Of a stretch of 64,000 nt of DNA, positions 52,877-64,000 are shown one piece after another. Under the pieces are notes generated by a model. That model searched no databases, had not been told where the DNA came from, and saw only the letters and a list, made by a program, of their open reading frames with translations. Location: assembly GCA_010015805.1 (NCBI GenBank), contig ML978128.1, positions 434,001 through 498,000 on the forward strand, given 5' to 3'. Each line of letters opens with the position of its first letter. Positions within the stretch are counted from its first letter, which is position 1. Source of the stretch: Rhizodiscina lignyota. Its lineage: Eukaryota. The position numbers and the translations under genes were made by a program.

Positions 52877-55800
52877 TGTCTTTTAAATATAAGATGAGAA
52901 GTTCACGACAGCTTGAGTCTGAGACAAATGTAGTAGAAAATTGATGTAAGAATAATCAGCGAGTCATTGCTCTATATTAACAGGTTCACTGTGCGAGCAG
53001 AGTAAGGGGAGAGGAAATATATAATCCAATTTGGGCTCTGCGCTCCAAGGAAACCTGCCGGACGTCAGACCCATGAAGACGCCCCAGAGGCAATAAAGCG
53101 CTCACCGGCGCTCTTCCAAAGTTCGATCAAGACCAGCTAAGACTCAATGTGTGTTCTTCCGCAGCTGTCAACAACCTGGAGATGCAAACTGCAATATTTG
53201 TGACAGGGCACATCTGGGGCGACCAATACTGCGGAGATGTCTGCTCAAGCCACCAATGCGCAATAGAACATCCTTTCCTGAATAGTACTGGTCCAAACGG
53301 TGTGGCAGAAGTTTATATTCAAACCCTGGATAACGGACCTGGCTAAGGACGCAGGAGGTCCAACAATTGTCATGGAGTAAGGGTCCTGCTAGGCGAGGCT
53401 CAAGTAGTTGAAGTCTACGATGTCAGTAAGGTTTGCGATCGCCAATTGCGCACTCCAAACTTGCGGCGAGCCAGAGAGTCCATGATAGAATTCATTGGTC
53501 GATTTGGTACTGTCGTTTCAAGAGTCTTTTGCCCTGGAGAATCCAATGCTGTGTTACAGGGGCGTTTCGTGATTGACGTCAACGGCTACAAATTCATGCA
53601 AGCCGTGAGTCGCGCAAACAGAGGAAAAACTTAATTCAATGCGACTCAAAGTCGTTCGGATGGATATCGTCTCCGTCGGGCATCTGCAATTAATGTCGTA
53701 GAGCAGCTTCACCGGTGGCCATCGTTCGACGTTGCTGATATAGCTGTCCCCTGTTGAGAATGAGATTGGCTGTACGCGCACGCAAATGTGCCCTGTATTT
53801 CGCCCCAGTACGATTGAGGGCGATTTTGAAGTCGTTCGGCGAATTAGGGCCTCAAGTCTTACGCTGTCTGCTGAAGTTTTCGTCGCCCGATATACGGAGT
53901 AACATCCATTGTCGCGCTCGTGGGTATCCTTAGTAGGTAGTTTGCGATCGGGCAAACGTAGATGCGATCGGGCAATGGTCTGAGGGCGTCGCTCGAAGTC
54001 GCAATCCTGAGGTTGAATGGTCGAGTCGTTAGGGTCGGGGCATTTCCGCTCATGCAGCTCTCCCGCATTCGTCACACAGCTTCCCAAGCAGACGTCGTCA
54101 ACCCCTTAATCTTCGGGTGAGCCTGGTACAGTAAGCGTCTCTGAGAGCCGGATGCTTATTCGTCGCGCGTGTCATCGGAGGTGTTCGCCTCGAGCGTTAA
54201 CCCTCTGCGAGTTCTTTTTCGAAAGGAAACTACGCGTATGCAAGGCCGGGGGCTTTCCTTTAAAGCGTCTTACCTCTCCATGCGCGCAGATGATCGACAA
54301 AGAGGTTCTCAGCTGCATGTGCAGCATGGACGTCATTGGGTTTCAAGCCTATCTCGATGGACGATCTCTGAGGATGGACGTCTCTCGCGTGGTGGCCTCG
54401 TGGCCGTGACGGAAGAGTGCGGCTGGGAAGATCAAAGAGGCCCTGCAGGGCACCGGCGACATATTTAACGCCCGATTGAGGATGCGCTGTCAACATTTGT
54501 AATGATGGACAGATGAAAAGAGGTGGAAGCGTTCGAATGCCAGCGTGATCGCCGTGAAGCCAGAAGGCCGGGCGGAATGGGAGTGCGTTTGTCGATGTGG
54601 ACGGGAGAAAATTGTCAAACCTCGACTTGGAGCAACGCCCGGACACTGGGCGCACGAAGCCTTTATACTAGCACTGGTTTGGGCTGCAACTTCCTTCAGG
54701 CAGCGACGTCAGTGCTGAAAGACATAGAGTACTGAGGGATTTGCTCTTGACTGGGTACATCCTTTCTACGCTCTCTAATAATGAAGGCATGAATGAAGCA
54801 CAAAAGTGAAGCGTTACCCGAAGCGGTATCCATGCAAGGCCACCAATCAAGAGTGCACAATCAACTCCCACCATTGGTCTCTCAGATGGCATATTGAAAT
54901 GCCTATGGGAGTCCAATGTCTCAAGGACTCGAAACCTGAGCCGCACGTTATGACAATGCCAGCTCTATCAACTCAATTATACGAAGTATCGTTATGAGCG
55001 ATCCGCAGCAACGCTCAAGTCTTGGAGTGGCATTCATGTCGTGAACAGCACGTTGCATCGACGGCCCCATAGAGGACTCTCCCATCCATATATGTCCACA
55101 AATGTCTGGATGTGGAATCAAAGGGACTCGTCGTGAGGTCAAGTCGTGTTCATCCGTCATGAACGGTTTGGAACGATATATTCTACATATCATATCTCCC
55201 CGACAACCGCCACCCCCAAAAAGTGTGATCGGAATGTGCTTCCGTCAACCAACACAATGTTTTCGTTATTTGTGAAGCATTGCGTCTACACGATGCCGAT
55301 TTTTCCATTCCTTATTATAGCGGTCGATTCACTGGCATGTTAGTGAACTCCCTTCTTCTAAAAAAGGGTGGCTGTCAAGGCGCAAACGCGCCGGCATCAC
55401 GCCATCACCAGTCCCGCTCAGAAACTTCGGCGGAATTGTCGTGTGAAGATATTGGACTCCATAATTCAAGGACTAGTATTATCTGTCGAAAGTGTCACAC
55501 CACTTCCTCCCCATTCTTCAGGCTTTGAACGGGACGCGTTCATACAACGCGTCGTCGCGTCCTCATCTCGTCTACATCTCGTCTATCAGAATTTACGGCG
55601 AGCGGCCCGCATGCCCATTCTCCGCGTTCTCCCCGGACTCGAAGCGCTCCTGGAATCTCATAACGCTTCAATCATCCGATCCCTATCCGCTCTTTAGCCG
55701 CCCGCGGCACCATTTCTAGGGCTCGGGTAATGACCGTGCGACCAAAGCGAGCAATAGCTCCATAATAAGACCCGAATATCAGCCCATGACCAAACGGCAT

Positions 55801-58782
55801 CTTATCGGATGGAGAAGATGCGCCTCGCTGCCAGCCGTTACGTCTTTTCAGCCTTCAAGATGTCCGCAAGGTTCTTGGTTGATGGAAGCAACTCCGCCCC
55901 GAAAGGATCATAAGATGACGGGCAACAACGTTGCCTACCCTCGTCCGCACGTGCTACACCGCAATTGTCAGCTTCAGGGACAATCTCTCAGGGGAGTCCT
56001 GTAAGTTGCAGCGGAACATTTTCTTGAAGTGGATCTATGGCCATTCGGAATCCGGAGCCGCGGTGCCACGAGGTGGACAGGGCGGCTCGCTGCACTCTGT
56101 TCTGCACAGGAAGGTTCTCTCGACATCTTCGTTGCGTTGTCTTAGAAGGTGTGTAACGGTCTGGACGGGAACAGAAGATGCCACAGAAAAGAGGGAACGG
56201 CTTCCATGCAGATACCGAAAGAGATTTCAATTGAATTGGTGCATCGCGACAGAAAGAGATGGTTCAGGAAAGCATTCGTATCGTCGATGCGTACGATGCT
56301 AAGCGATGAGTCTCGATACCGCAGCCATGGGAGATCTGGCCGCACATCTTCATCTATTTCTGTATTTGTAAGGAAGTAGTTTCGTAAAGGAGATTTCCGT
56401 TCACTCCTCGGCCTTGACAGCTACGTCGTACTTTCCTTGCAGCCGAGCAAACTGCAAGCGTACAAGTTCAACATCGAGTATGAAGCACTGCTGCTCATCA
56501 ACAATCAGATTCGGCATCGAACGCCTCTTCCCATCCCAACAACCAGGTCATCTGCCTCGCAGTAGCACACACAACGGTCTCAATCGTGATACAGGGTGTA
56601 CAGTGCCTTGCCCATCTGCCAGGACGCTCAAGGAAAGACAGCTGTGGAGTAGATATAACGGTGCAACTGCTCCACAAACCGCAGACGGGCACGCAAGATA
56701 AATGCACGAAATACGCTCTTCCCGCTGCCGCACCACACCAAGCCTATCCAGGCCATGGGCTGAGCTTTCCCTGTCCCTAATCTCCAATGATCTACCTCGC
56801 AGCCGGGATATCACGAGCCAGCCTCTCCAGGGAGCAGGATGCACGAATCGCAGGGTGTGGAAGGAGACAGGGCATCCTGATCCACAAAGCCTGTGCTGTT
56901 TGTCCGTGCGCGGCCGGGAATGCGAAAGTTTAAGAGGGCTAGAGAGGGCCGCCGCGTGCTTGGGCGCTGGAGATGAGAAAAGCATCGCACTGCACCGTAA
57001 GAGCGGCCATTGGTTTCCCGTCAGCTGAGCCGTCGCCGGCGCCCCGAGTGTCGGAAAGATGAGCCGTTCATGCCGTCTCAGCAGCAGGTGAAGGGGCGGA
57101 GCAGGATTGTGAGACGGCGGGTTCTATGGGTTGGCCTGCAACGCTGATGATGGTGAGGACAGGTATTTTTGAATTTCGAGCATCGTCACTCGCCACTGTG
57201 GGGAGGATGGCAATGAGACGCAGCGGAGCGGGAAGGGGTGGTTGCTTTTCTTTCCTTCCGCGAGCCGAGCTCTGATGGGCGCTGCGCCGTCGATGAGCTA
57301 ATGAACGGTGACCACTGACGAGATCGCCCATCATATCAGAACTGTTTTAGGTTGCTCGGCTATCTCTGCCCTTGCAAGAGCGCTCAGAGACAGCCACACA
57401 CACAAAGAAATGCTGAGTTGGGGTGGGACAAGGGGGTACAGGTGTGGGACAAGGACGCTGCGACGCCTCTGAGTGGTGCTTCGAGAAGGCGACGAGAAGA
57501 CGCTCCTCGTGCTGCGTGCAGGCTGCAGCAACGCCTCTCGATGCGACAAACAATGTTCAGCGGAGGGCCAGAAGCAATCTATCGAGATGGGGGAGAATGG
57601 ACTTGTGCCGGCAATGCCAGCTGCTACTTGCCCTCTTTCGAAGACGCATGCATTGGGTGAGGAGGTGCCGATAGGACGAGCGTTTCTCGCGACCAACTGA
57701 CTGGAGCGCCGCATAAGGGGAGATGCAAGGTGCCTCCTCGCGGTATGGCAGGCATTCTGGATGTGCTGTGCCGGATGATGAAGCTGTCCAGAGTCTCAAA
57801 GTCGCCGTCAAACAACGAGGCAGGGAGCGGGCGGCCCATGGATAGCGATCCTGAACAGCAGCGCCGCAGAGTCTTGCACCCGGAGCAGGAAGCATCGTCT
57901 CGACGTCGTGAAAAGAACTGGGTGGCTTGCAGCAGCGCTCTTGACTCTTGCCCGAAGAGATGTCGCGCGCGGGAGCGATTGCGGAATGCCAGCGGGTCCA
58001 GGATGGGCATGACGGCAACAGCAGACCAGCATGTCGAGCTTTGAACGCCTCTTCCAACCTCCGACCAGGACCAGGGCGCTTCCAATACTGCGGAGCAACA
58101 CTTTCGTGCTTGGCCCGCAGCAGCAAGGTGGAGGGCAGCGAAGGTCGCGGACGAGAGCGTCACGACACCAGCGTGCATGAGTGGAGGGCAGTTGACAGGC
58201 GCACACACGCAGCCGGCTCGAACAGTGCCGGCCTTGCCCTCGCCTTTGCCTCAGCCGTCGCCGCGCTCGCTTTGGTGTTGCATGCCCTCTGGACTGCCTC
58301 AGCAAGTGAGAGTGGCAGCAGCTCCAGCACCCAGCGCTGCGGTGCCAGCCTAGCCCCAACGGGCGGGTGAGCCGTGGGTGCCAGCCCTCGCTCCATTTCC
58401 CACTCACCCAGCGCCCTCTCAAAGCGTGCAAGCGCCCACTGCCAGTCCACTCCCCTTCGCTGCTGTTCCCTCGCTCTCGCAAAACCCTCTCCACCCTTCC
58501 TCAACTTCACCATACCGCCGTTGAGCACCGCTGCGACTGAAGTTGCTGCCAACGACGACGCATTGGGACCCGTCGAGCCTCCGCACACGCCGCAGTAGGT
58601 AGCACGTCGCCGTCAAAGGGCTTTGTGACCCGTCTCCAAGGGAACTCGACCCGACCGTCGAAAACGTCCCAGCGATCGGATCGTCTGCTTGACCTCCTCA
58701 TCCCTCCCTTCAACCACCGCTCTCCCACACCACCTGCCGACATTCTTCGAGCACGCCGTGTCTGTCGCTCAATTGCTACAAA

Positions 58783-59169
58783 GTACGCTCCCAAACCTCT
58801 TCTCGCCGTTATATCTCGACGCGTTGCATCGGCTGGGCGACTTGCCCGCTTGTCCACCCGAGGCGCTGGAATCGGGTCTTTCAAACTAACTCTGCACCAG
58901 AAACCGTTTCCACGGTTAGCTTCACCGCTCTACCTCCCAATTATACGTTCACTTAGCGTGCGACGTTTTCTCGTGAGTCTCCAATGCGCATTCTCGGCGT
59001 TCTGCTTTCCGACAGTCTTCAATTTGCGATGCAAGGAGCTTCACAATACATTTCGCGATGCACTTGCCAATGTCCTCTGCACCTTCCCCACAGAGAAGCA
59101 TTCTACCTTCTTCTGCTTTCTGTTATGGCTGCACGTCTGTCGCATTCTTGCTGACCCGCTACACTACAG
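58783..59169 (+). promoter_or_regulatory. Putative veA 5'-UTR introns (58783-58900 and 58973-59169)
   Basis: GTACGC...ACTAAC...CAG and GTGAGT...GCTGAC...CAG consensus sites upstream of the veA ATG. Confidence 0.55.
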
Positions 59170-59221
59170 ACTTAAGCAATTTTCCTTTCCAAAGACTGAG
59201 CGACCGAACAAACTCGTCGAC

Positions 59222-61212
59222 ATGGCGAGCACCATTTCCGTACCAAACGAGACCGAGAGTCGGGGCTCGAGAATCACCAAGGAGGGCAAGAAGATTACCT
59301 ACCAGCTCACTGTCATCCAAGAGCCCGAGCGAGCAAGAGCTTGCGGATCTGGGGCAAAATGTACGGCAATGTTCTTTGTTACAAGTTCTATCCGGTTCGA
59401 GTTACTGACGTCCTGCTAGCCTCGGCCGATCGTAGACCAGTGGATCCACCGCCCATTGTCCAATTGCGCGTGTTCGAGAATGGCGAAGAGGTCACCTTCC
59501 AATACAATGCCAGCTTCTTCCTGTTTGCGACCTTGGAGAATGCGCGCCACATCGCTCAGCCACGTGTACCCCCTTCCCCAGCCAGTGTGCCCGTCTTGAC
59601 TGGAACACCCGTTGCTGGCATGGCGTACCTGGATCGTCCATTCCCGGCTGGCTACTTCATCTTCCCAGACTTGTCTGTGAGGCATGAGGGCAAATACCGC
59701 CTCAGCTTCTCTCTGTATGAAGAATTGAAGGAGCAGAAGGATATGGATACTGAGGAGATTGCCAACCTCGAAGTCCTCGCTCAAACTTCGCAGCATGTGT
59801 CGCATCGACTAGAGGTCAAGTCGAAGCCGTTCACCGTCTTCAGCGCCAAGAAGTTCCCAGGTCTTACTGAGAGCACAGCGCTTAGCCGCACCGTTGCAGA
59901 GCAAGGATGCCGTGTCCGTATTCGACGTGATGTGCGCATGAGGCGTAGGGAGAACAAGAGCAACAAGGACGAGTGGGACTTCGATGAGGAGGCGGCGATG
60001 GAGCACGCGCGCCAGAGCAGAACCCCTGATGCGTATGGCCAGCAAGGCATGACAACTCCTCAACCAACCCTGGATGGAAGTGACCGTCCGAGATCTGTTA
60101 GCAATGCCAGCGTCGCATCATTTGGTATGCCACAGCGTCGTCCTTCCATGGAGCAGATGGCGCAAGGCTACCAGCAGCCGTACGCACCGCACATCTCACC
60201 TCAAGCACCGCAAAATATGTACCCGCCACAGATGCCGTACTCTGCACCTCAACAGCAGCAGGCATACGCCGCTCCGTACCAGCCGCCTCAGCAACCCATC
60301 ATGCAGCCGCCTCAACTGCCATATCAGCAACCTGCTCAGCAATATCAGCAGCCACAACCGCAGATGCAGATGTCCAACGGCTACGGTTACATGCCTCAGC
60401 AGTTCAGTCAGCCTCAGCCACCGGCTCCTCAGCCCGCGTACGACCAGACTCAGCACGTCCGTCACAACAGCATTGAGTATCCGACCACACCACAAGATTA
60501 TCGTCGGCCATCCATGACCCAGGCCCCAGCTCAGGCCGTGTCATATCCTGCCATGGCTCCACCCACGTCTGCTCCATTCCCTCAGATCGAGACATCCTAC
60601 ACGCCAACGACTCAAGCGTATGCGTCTTCGCCCACTGATCCAACTAGCAGCTACCAGAATGGCTGGAATCCGAACTCGAACTGGGGCTCTCGTCGCAATA
60701 CCAGCTTCTCTGCTGCTCCCACTACTTCTATGCCGACTAGCATGCCAACGGCCTTCGCTCCAACGACGCTTGCGCCGGCAACTCAATCGCTCGCGCCACT
60801 GCGTACCCTGCAGCCCTCGCTTGCACCAGCCAAGGCTGAGCCGACGTCGCCATCTTACAACATGTCGAACTCTGCGCCGCTCTCCGCTGAGTCTGTTCAT
60901 AGCCCTGGTTTCCACGATCTTCCACGTGCTGTTCCTCCAGTCTTCCAGCCGCACATGCCTTCTAATGCCCAGCTCAACGGCTCTGGCAAGCGTACATTCT
61001 CCGCCACTTTCGACACGCATCACATGGAACAGCCACTTCGCTACGGTGCTCGTCCAAACGTGACAGGCCATGATGATGAGTATCAGATGCCACATGGCCC
61101 ACCGACTCACTACTCAGATGGGAGCGATGGTGAGAGCCCCGACGCTAGCGCAATGAGCTATCGAAGGGCAGATGGAACAGAAAGAAGGAGGAAGATTCCG
61201 AACTCAAATTAG
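59222..61212 (+). CDS. veA: Velvet developmental and secondary metabolism regulator VeA; intron 59361-59419
   Basis: [83 protein letters not shown]-terminal MSYRRADG. Confidence 0.97.
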
Positions 61213-62076
61213 ACGGCTCACCACGAATACAGCAGCCACCAACCACGAATACGCTCTCTGATTGCTCCTTTCCTTTATGTATCGAACGAATATCGCACAA
61301 ATCCCACTCAGGCGCAACATTTAGCGCCAGTCAGCTAGCCGCCGCTTCGGCTTTTGATCGCTTGTTTCCTTGATTTTACGGTCTTGCTTTCTGGTGGAAA
61401 TTCGGATGTGAGTGCGGAACGGAACAAGACCACCGCCGCTGATGTTTTCTACAAACGACACTTGATGTGCTCTTTTTCCTTTCTGACGTGGCAGTATACC
61501 TCTCTCCCTCGCTTTTCCTTTTCGGTCGACAATGGAACCAACTCACGGATGGATATATATCTCTTTCCTAGTCTGTCTCCTTGGTTTGTGCACTTGTTTT
61601 TGCTGATTCTGCTTTTTTTTTCCGGCAAGGGTAGAAGGAATTGCGGCTGTCCATGGCCTGCAAAGGTAGACACTGGCAGAGCGATGGCGGACGACACCAA
61701 GGGAAAGGGCCACGGTACGAATTCAGTCGCGATTTTGTTCTTGTCCCCTTGTTTTTGCCTGCGCTCCTGTTTCGAGTCTTTAGTTGGAACCGTCTTCGGA
61801 CGGTATGCGATGGAGTTTTCTCTTTACTCATTTTGTGCTGCTTGGTTTTCTGTACGTAATTAAGTGTTGTTCTGCCGCTCGATAGAGTCGAGGCAGAATT
61901 AGCTAGGCTAAGGGGAATCTCAAAAGTAGCTACACTAAAGTTTGGTTCCACTTGAGTCACCGAAATGATTTGATTGGCTTTGAAAGCGCTGTTACCGATA
62001 AGGGCGCCCATTCAATCAGGTCGTACCAGATGTTCAACTGATCAGACCACCGACACAACTGGACACCCGTCGCCAT

Positions 62077-63411
62077 TCACACGCTTCTCGATCTGATCAC
62101 CCACTTCTGGTCACCCGATCCTCGCCCTCTAACTTTCATTTGTTCCTGGCAGAGTACGAGAGGCCTCTGGCACGTTTGCACCCACTTATCCACCATGGTC
62201 TTGTACTCAAGTTCAAGAGCCGCAGCCGCGGCGGAAAATGCCTTGATATCACCGGCGTCCTGGGCTTCCCAGGCGAGGAGCAGGTTCTGCTGTATTGGAT
62301 GGAGAGGCGTGCTGTCGTCGAGGCGGATCTGTATGTCCCTTCCGTATCGAATCTGCCGGACCCATTGGCGCACATGCGCCCACTCTTCAACAAGTGGAGA
62401 AGGGTCGGTGCACTCTGATGATGCCTTCATGATCGAGAAAAGCTTCATCAAATACGCCAACCCCTTTTTCGGCTCCGCCCCTGTCTCGTAAACGAAAATG
62501 TCCGTTTCGTCAGATAATGGCACGCGTCGTCCACATGGCCTACCTGATTCATCCACACAAACTGCTCGTAAGTCTTTCGCCGTCTGATCATCAATTTCGT
62601 GGACGCATAGACAGTTGCCCGCATGGATCCGGATGTCTTGGACCCCCCGGATTCTTTTGAATGGGTGGAAGTAGTACTTTAAGATCTTCTTGGAGGGCAG
62701 CTCTTGAAAAATCAGGACTATCCGTCTCTCACCCATGCGAGGACGATTCAAAGGGCCCACGAGCCGGCTCATGCAGTCTCTGAGTCGCCGCTGTTTAGTG
62801 TTAGAGGGGTCATGAAAAAATCCCAGATAGTCCAATGATGGGGATGAAAAAGTATCAGATGTGTCCGGGTCGGTGTGTTGCCCCACTCTCCCGACTCTAG
62901 GGTCCTGGTCTGGACCGTTAGGATCGGGTGGATCGTCGGGAAAGCCGAGTCTGATATGGATGGTTTTGAAGAGCCTCACATAGTCGAGCAAGTTTGGGCG
63001 CGTGACTTCCTGGTCCTCTGAAATGCAGCCTTGAAGACCACGCCATTCCGTGTCGCCACTTCCATCATCGAAAGGCCCAGAATAAGGCTCGATCTCCATT
63101 GCAATGGTACCATAGACCAGACCCATAGTTTCATGATGGATCTGTTTATTGACAGCCATGATCGACGTATGGCATTGTTGCTTGTCGCGTCGCCAACGAA
63201 CCACCCCTTCCTTTTCGACCCCATGATAGGGTGGGATAACAGGAAGGTCGGGAAGTAGATGACTGTAGATATGAAGTCGCAATTCTACCGGAAGCCCCAA
63301 AAAACCGGGTAAGTGATCTCTCTCGATATCGGACGAACCTGCCTCAGGCGAAATTCCTGGTGTTTCGAGAGGTTCGAGGGCCATTGCCGGCACTACACGA
63401 TCGGAGATCAT
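62077..63411 (-). CDS. Hypothetical protein with N-terminal F-box-like motif
   Basis: FLGLPVELRLHIYSHLL followed by IMAVNKQIHHETMGLVY, common in ascomycete F-box-like hypotheticals; start 63411 or 63384. Confidence 0.7.
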   Translation of the reverse strand: MISDRVVPAMALEPLETPGISPEAGSSDIERDHLPGFLGLPVELRLHIYSHLLPDLPVIPPYHGVEKEGVVRWRRDKQQCHTSIMAVNKQIHHETMGLVYGTIAMEIEPYSGPFDDGSGDTEWRGLQGCISEDQEVTRPNLLDYVRLFKTIHIRLGFPDDPPDPNGPDQDPRVGRVGQHTDPDTSDTFSSPSLDYLGFFHDPSNTKQRRLRDCMSRLVGPLNRPRMGERRIVLIFQELPSKKILKYYFHPFKRIRGVQDIRIHAGNCLCVHEIDDQTAKDLRAVCVDESGRPCGRRVPLSDETDIFVYETGAEPKKGLAYLMKLFSIMKASSECTDPSPLVEEWAHVRQWVRQIRYGRDIQIRLDDSTPLHPIQQNLLLAWEAQDAGDIKAFSAAAAALELEYKTMVDKWVQTCQRPLVLCQEQMKVRGRGSGDQKWVIRSRSV

Positions 63412-64000
63412 CGAGTAAAAGGGTAAGAACCTGAAATATGATGCAGCGCCTGCCGATTGATTCAGAGTTGTATGTTTCTTGTTTGAATGGCAACTGAAAA
63501 GCGTCCTTTCGCTCACATCAAGTATGCTTGCTGCCTGGTACTGCTGTGCCGCCCCCGCCTTCCGGCTTGAAAGAGCAAAGGCTGCACGAATGCACATTCT
63601 CGGAAGTGCCGAAATAAAATAATAAGTGAGAGTCAACATTCAATGTCTCTCTCTTGATCTATAGTTCCAAGGTCTCAGCGTTTCGTCTTCGTGTTCCAAC
63701 ATCTTTTGCCTTGCTGGGGCCATTCTCGGCCTCTGAAGGCATTGGAATGCCATCGAGAGACAGCACGGAGGTTCTTCGGCCATTCCACAATGTGAAGGCA
63801 GCTTCTACACTCCAAGGCCACCGGTAGATGTGCTTTCGAAGATGACTGTCTAGTAATTAATATGTAGCGTTAAGATCAATGTACTAGTCAACCTATCTCG
63901 ATATATCATCCTAAGATATTGACGGTCCCACTAGATCTGTGCGACTCGACATCTCGGAATATTTCAACATCAGGTACTCCGTATGCATGTAACTAGCAAT

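Noticed and set aside
53554..54087. 177-aa minus-strand ORF
   Set aside because: Non-ATG start, no recognisable domain, no coherent exon model.
57331..58616. Many overlapping 100-230 aa ORFs upstream of veA
   Set aside because: GC-rich, stop-poor sequence giving R/S/C/P-rich non-protein-like translations, mostly from non-ATG starts.

Overview
Gene-dense filamentous ascomycete (Pezizomycotina; Dothideomycete-like by impression, not verified) genomic window with about 24 protein-coding loci. Most are split by short spliceosomal introns, so the ORF track shows them as fragments. Conserved genes: REX2 oligoribonuclease, Mso1-like, S6K-like AGC kinase, SPT23/MGA2-type membrane-tethered transcription factor, RTA1-like, TRAPPII Trs130, peroxisomal long-chain acyl-CoA synthetase, MET17, seipin, DCAF4-like WD40, SelO, an aquaglyceroporin and veA. 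Accessory-looking material: two HET-domain genes (one frameshifted), a CE5 acetylxylan esterase, a lipocalin-like gene, a repeat-containing coiled-coil orphan, an F-box-like gene and RIP-like relics. Best leads: (1) a compact MFS / aromatic-acid decarboxylase / salicylate-hydroxylase-like cluster with a nearby MBL lactonase; (2) a veA 5' leader with two putative introns, one holding all the leader's upstream AUGs; (3) two GC-AG introns, one splitting a metal-binding HxHxDH motif; (4) co-location of several lipid-homeostasis genes. No tRNA, rRNA, CRISPR array or intact transposon was recognised. All exon boundaries were inferred by eye from splice consensus and reading frame.
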